From NCBI GenBank assembly GCA_030704615.1, contig CM060734.1, positions 51,770,001 to 51,834,000 of the forward strand: a stretch of DNA of 64,000 bases, written 5' to 3'. This DNA comes from Takakia lepidozioides. Taxonomy: Eukaryota > Plantae > Bryophyta. Each line of letters starts with the position of its first letter. Position 1 is the first letter of the stretch. This document shows, piece after piece, positions 60,285 to 64,000 of this stretch. Under the pieces are notes generated by a model that made no database searches, was not told the DNA's origin, and saw only the letters and a list, made by a program, of their open reading frames with translations. The position numbers were made by a program, and so were the translations under genes.

Positions 60285-63200
60285 GAGAAGATGCAAATGG
60301 TGGCGGATGAGAACCCTTCGGGGGAGGGGAAGGAGATCATTGCTGAGGTGGACGATGAGTTCTATGAAAGCAAAGCCGCTGAGATGCTGGGGGGTCAGAA
60401 GGTAAACTCTCAGCTTGTGGTGCAAAGTATGTTTGCCCCAGGTGGGAGGTTGAAGATCCCCCTGTGTAGGTTGGTTTCCATGCCCGTCGTTCGTCCACCC
60501 CTCATCAAGGATATCCTGAAGCTGGAGGCCAAGTTTGTTCATGGGTATTTGGATGGATCCGCAGTCTTTTACGTTTTTACAAAGGATTCCAGAGGCAATG
60601 AGCTCCTTGTGGATGAGTCAATTGTGGACTCCTGGGATCCCATTTGGAGACAGGTGAACGAATCCTTCGAACTTCTTCTCTCCAGGAAACCTTCGACCCA
60701 GGCATTCTCAAGGAAGATGTATGTTTCACGTATGGGATAGCAACCACCGGTTGCTTGCATGGATGGCTGTCATTGGGAGGCTGCACTCACAGGAGGAAGA
60801 GTGGCATTATTCTGTTCGATCGATGGTGTTGGATTGTGACGGAAACATGATGGGTCTTCTGACGGCAATGAATGATGTGAACAGGTTGGTTTCTCATTCT
60901 ACATGTTCCAGTTGTGGTTCCGTGGTTCTTTTGTTCCAGTCCTCTGTTGACGGTTCTTCATTTTCATTCTGACTTTCACATATCATTCTGCAGAGGGACG
61001 GAGACATCGCATGTCAAAACGAGTCTGGTTCACACACTGTACATGATACAAAGGATCGGGCAAATGCCCTTTACCAACTTCAAGACCATCCCTTCAGCAG
61101 AGACGTACAAGAAGTGTGAAAGCTCCAAGACATCGGAAACGTGGTACTCGTTGACCCGTGAGGCTTTCATGGAGTATATGTACGCGGTGAGATACATCTT
61201 CCACCATCTGGCCTTTCGATATTCCTGCTTCCACATGTTTGTTTCTGTTTGTTTCTGTTTGTTTCCCTTGCCCTTGGGTTGATTCAACTCTCGTGCATTC
61301 CCTTGCAGCAAGACATTGCAGATGCAGGAGAGCGTGACAAACTGGAATACTACAGTTCTACCCCTGAGGAGACAAGGACAACAAAGGGGGTTGAGAGTCA
61401 CATCAAGAAAGAGATGACCGCCACAATAAGGACTATTATGAGTGCTTTTGTTAAGCAGTTGAGAATTGCCGACCCATCATTCGGATCGCAGTTTCTTCTG
61501 GAGGTGAAAAACCATTACAACAAGCCAGGCAAGCCAGAGATGGCCCAAGAGAAGTTACACAGGTTGTCTACCGCCGTTGTGTCTTCAGAACAGAAGGTGA
61601 AGTGGCTACAGATATGGAACTCCGATCCCACTGTTAGGGATACCCACATGTTCCCCAGGCCGGAGAAAGAGAAGAAGACCCAGCGTGTCATTCCTGTTAG
61701 TGACAATGTGCTGGATACATGGCTCACAAGGCCACTTACTGGAGTCAGGTATGATGTCATTTGTTGTGTCACTTTCTTTTCGCTTTTTCTGTCCTTCTCT
61801 TTCCATTGGCTGTTCCATTGGCTGTGATTGTTTTTTGGTTCATTCTTGCACTTGAATTGTTTTGCAGTTGGAAGAAAAGGCCCGGTCGGTTCTACATACT
61901 CAGCTGGCTGACTATGGCATCACCATGACAACACCGAAGGTCTCCTTCCAAGCATACATGAGGAAATAGAGAGCCACAGTGTGGCAATCTTGTTTCTTTA
62001 GAGAGTTCAGCAAGGAGGGTGGCATCAGTCGAACAAATGAGCTTGACCAGCAAGAGAAATGAGAGGAAGCCTAGAAACGATGTCTTTACAGGTGCGAAAT
62101 GGACTGTGCTTCTTTGTTTTGCAAATACACACTCTCCACTATCCAACCTGTTTTGGACTGCCTCATATGAGTTTCCGTTGCCGCACACTCATTTGTTCTA
62201 TCCATGTGTAGTAACACCAAGGTGCACACCCTGGGCCCTTCAGGCTACTTTGTGTGCGGTGGTTGCAATGTACTGTGCCGCATATTGTTTTAGGGGGTCT
62301 TCCTGGTGTGATGGTAAAGCTGAGAGACAATAATTGCATTGCATAATGAGGCTATCTCTGTTCCTACAGGTACATAAAGTTTGTTCTCATGGAAGAGAAA
62401 TGCTTGGACAAACATCCTGATTTCGTGGACCTTTGGCTTGTCCCTGTTGGCAACCAGACCATGTTTACTACTGGGATCTTGCATGACTGGGGCCCAGATC
62501 ATCTTTCTGCTTGTGGTTGGTATTTGGATTGCCCTCCTTATGAGACCCCATCTCAGGAGGTGTCTGAGCGTATAGCAGCCACCGCCGCAGCAGCCGACCT
62601 TGACATTCATGATAGAAATTTGAGGACTCTTGCAGAGAAGGAGCCTCCCGCTCAGGATACCCTGGGTAGAGGTAGAAAGGCAAAGGGAAAAGATGTTGCT
62701 GGTGGTGTGGGGAAAGGAAGGGGTAGGGGGAAGGGGGCACAAGGGCACGTAGGTGGGCAGGGAAGTGTTACAGATACTGGCCCTGTGGTGCATGTCCAGC
62801 AAACTCCACCGCATGGTAGGGGATCCGGGAGAAAGAACAAGGGGGTGGTTGATCCCAAGGACCCGTACCATGCAGTGGAGTATCCCACGAGGGTCATTCG
62901 CCCTACCAGATTGGAGATGGCCAACGTCGGGTTCCTTGCCATGATGGAGTCCAAGAAATCTGATTACAAGGGCGAGCCATCACCAGTGTGGGAGAGGATT
63001 GTGCGTGTTGTCTTTTGCTTTTGTCTATTGTGGGCATGGATCGTTTCAATCCTCTTGAGCATTCCATTGTATTCTTGTTTGCAGGCTAAAATGACCAAAT
63101 CCTGGGTGAACGGGAAGGAGAAGCCATATGCAGCCGAACTCATCATCTTGGACATCCCTGATGGGTTGCCAGTCCCGGATGTCCCTCCATCGGGTGCTTG

Positions 63201-64000
63201 TCCAGGTTGGAATGCTTTTGATGAGCGCTACTGCGGTTGGATTTTCTCCTTTTGCAATTTCTTTCTGTCTGATGCAGGTGTTTTGGTGCTCATCCAGTCC
63301 ATCGACCTTCGCTGTCGCCGTGCACTTGCCAGCTATTTGAAAGCCTCCGGTATGAGGGTCGTGAAGACATGGAATTGTGTGAACAACATGTACCTGACAA
63401 AGGGGGATCGTCCGGAAGAGATGGTAAATCTGCCTTCTTGTTCCTCTTCTTGGTGGTTCTCGGATGGAGTTGCATAGGTCGCTCAAACTCATATGTAGGG
63501 GCCTGGTTTTGAAGCTTCTTAGTCCCTTGTGGATGTCATGTTCAAAGACTCGTTTGTTGGAAGCTGTTTGTCTCGTCCGAGTGCATCCACCTACGACTCC
63601 GGCCGTCATTAGGGAGTTTGCCATCACTCATGGGGCCAAGTTCATAGACGAGAGGACAGATCCTCCCACGGATGATATGTACCACAACTACGTCGACAGC
63701 AACGTGTGCTTGCAAAGGGGGAATGGGGTTCCTTGGAGAGGGGCGAGGGAGAGGAGCCCGGCTTTCATTCAAACGATTGTGGAGTGCTGCACCTACACAG
63801 ATGCCAGAGTTCTGGATTTGTCAATGGGCATAGGTTCGTCTCTTCAACATTCACATTTCATGAGGTTTGTTTGAGCTTGCACTTTCAGCACTTCCCACCG
63901 TTCCAAATGTGTCTTCAATGTCTGTTTCCTTCATTCTATTCCATTGCAGGTGCTTCGTACCACGCTTGCAAGGCTAGTGCGCGACATCTGAGATTTACAA
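60285..64000 (+). CDS. Spliced gene: ParB/Srx-like N-terminal domain + beta-class N4C/N6A amino-methyltransferase-like C-terminal domain (runs off the window; has lesions)
   Basis: VRP..DILKL..F..GY and FHVWDSNHRL.AW (DGxHR-like). ELIILDIPDG (motif IV position), ERSPAFIQTIVECCT..DARVLDLSMGIG|ASYHACK (motifs X-I), joined across in-phase GT-AG intron 63834-63949. 4-bp duplication frameshift near 60720. Confidence 0.7.

Overview
Transposon-dominated plant genomic DNA. PLS-type PPR relics, spliced SDR/RPS8 genes and plant-type COX5b/FAX sequences suggest a land plant, possibly a non-seed lineage (inference). Only one host gene looks intact, a 4-exon carbonyl-reductase-like SDR (31073-32540). Mobile content: (1) a full-length non-chromovirus Ty3/Gypsy element with ~98% identical LTRs and a long extra post-pol ORF (5531-18379); (2) two related CACTA/EnSpm TnpA-like genes, each carrying an FCP1/NIF-type HAD phosphatase domain; (3) a GCM-zinc-finger/MULE-DDE/SWIM transposase, divergent from a spliced ParB/Srx-like plus beta-class amino-methyltransferase-like gene, with a ~2.7 kb array of 36-bp palindromes apparently in an intron; (4) the most striking item, a 12.1 kb Gypsy-type retroelement (44987-57132, minus strand, TGTC...GACA ends, 4-bp TSD ATAG). 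This element encodes a DNMT3-like C5 cytosine methyltransferase between protease and RT and a PHD finger after integrase. It has split direct repeats (A1-internal-B1-A2-B2) instead of two LTRs, shows an apparent self-priming signal instead of a tRNA PBS, and carries intronless copies of host COX5b and FAX/TMEM14. Many TE ORFs are broken by 1-bp indels that may be assembly errors. All family assignments are by motif recognition; no database searches were run.
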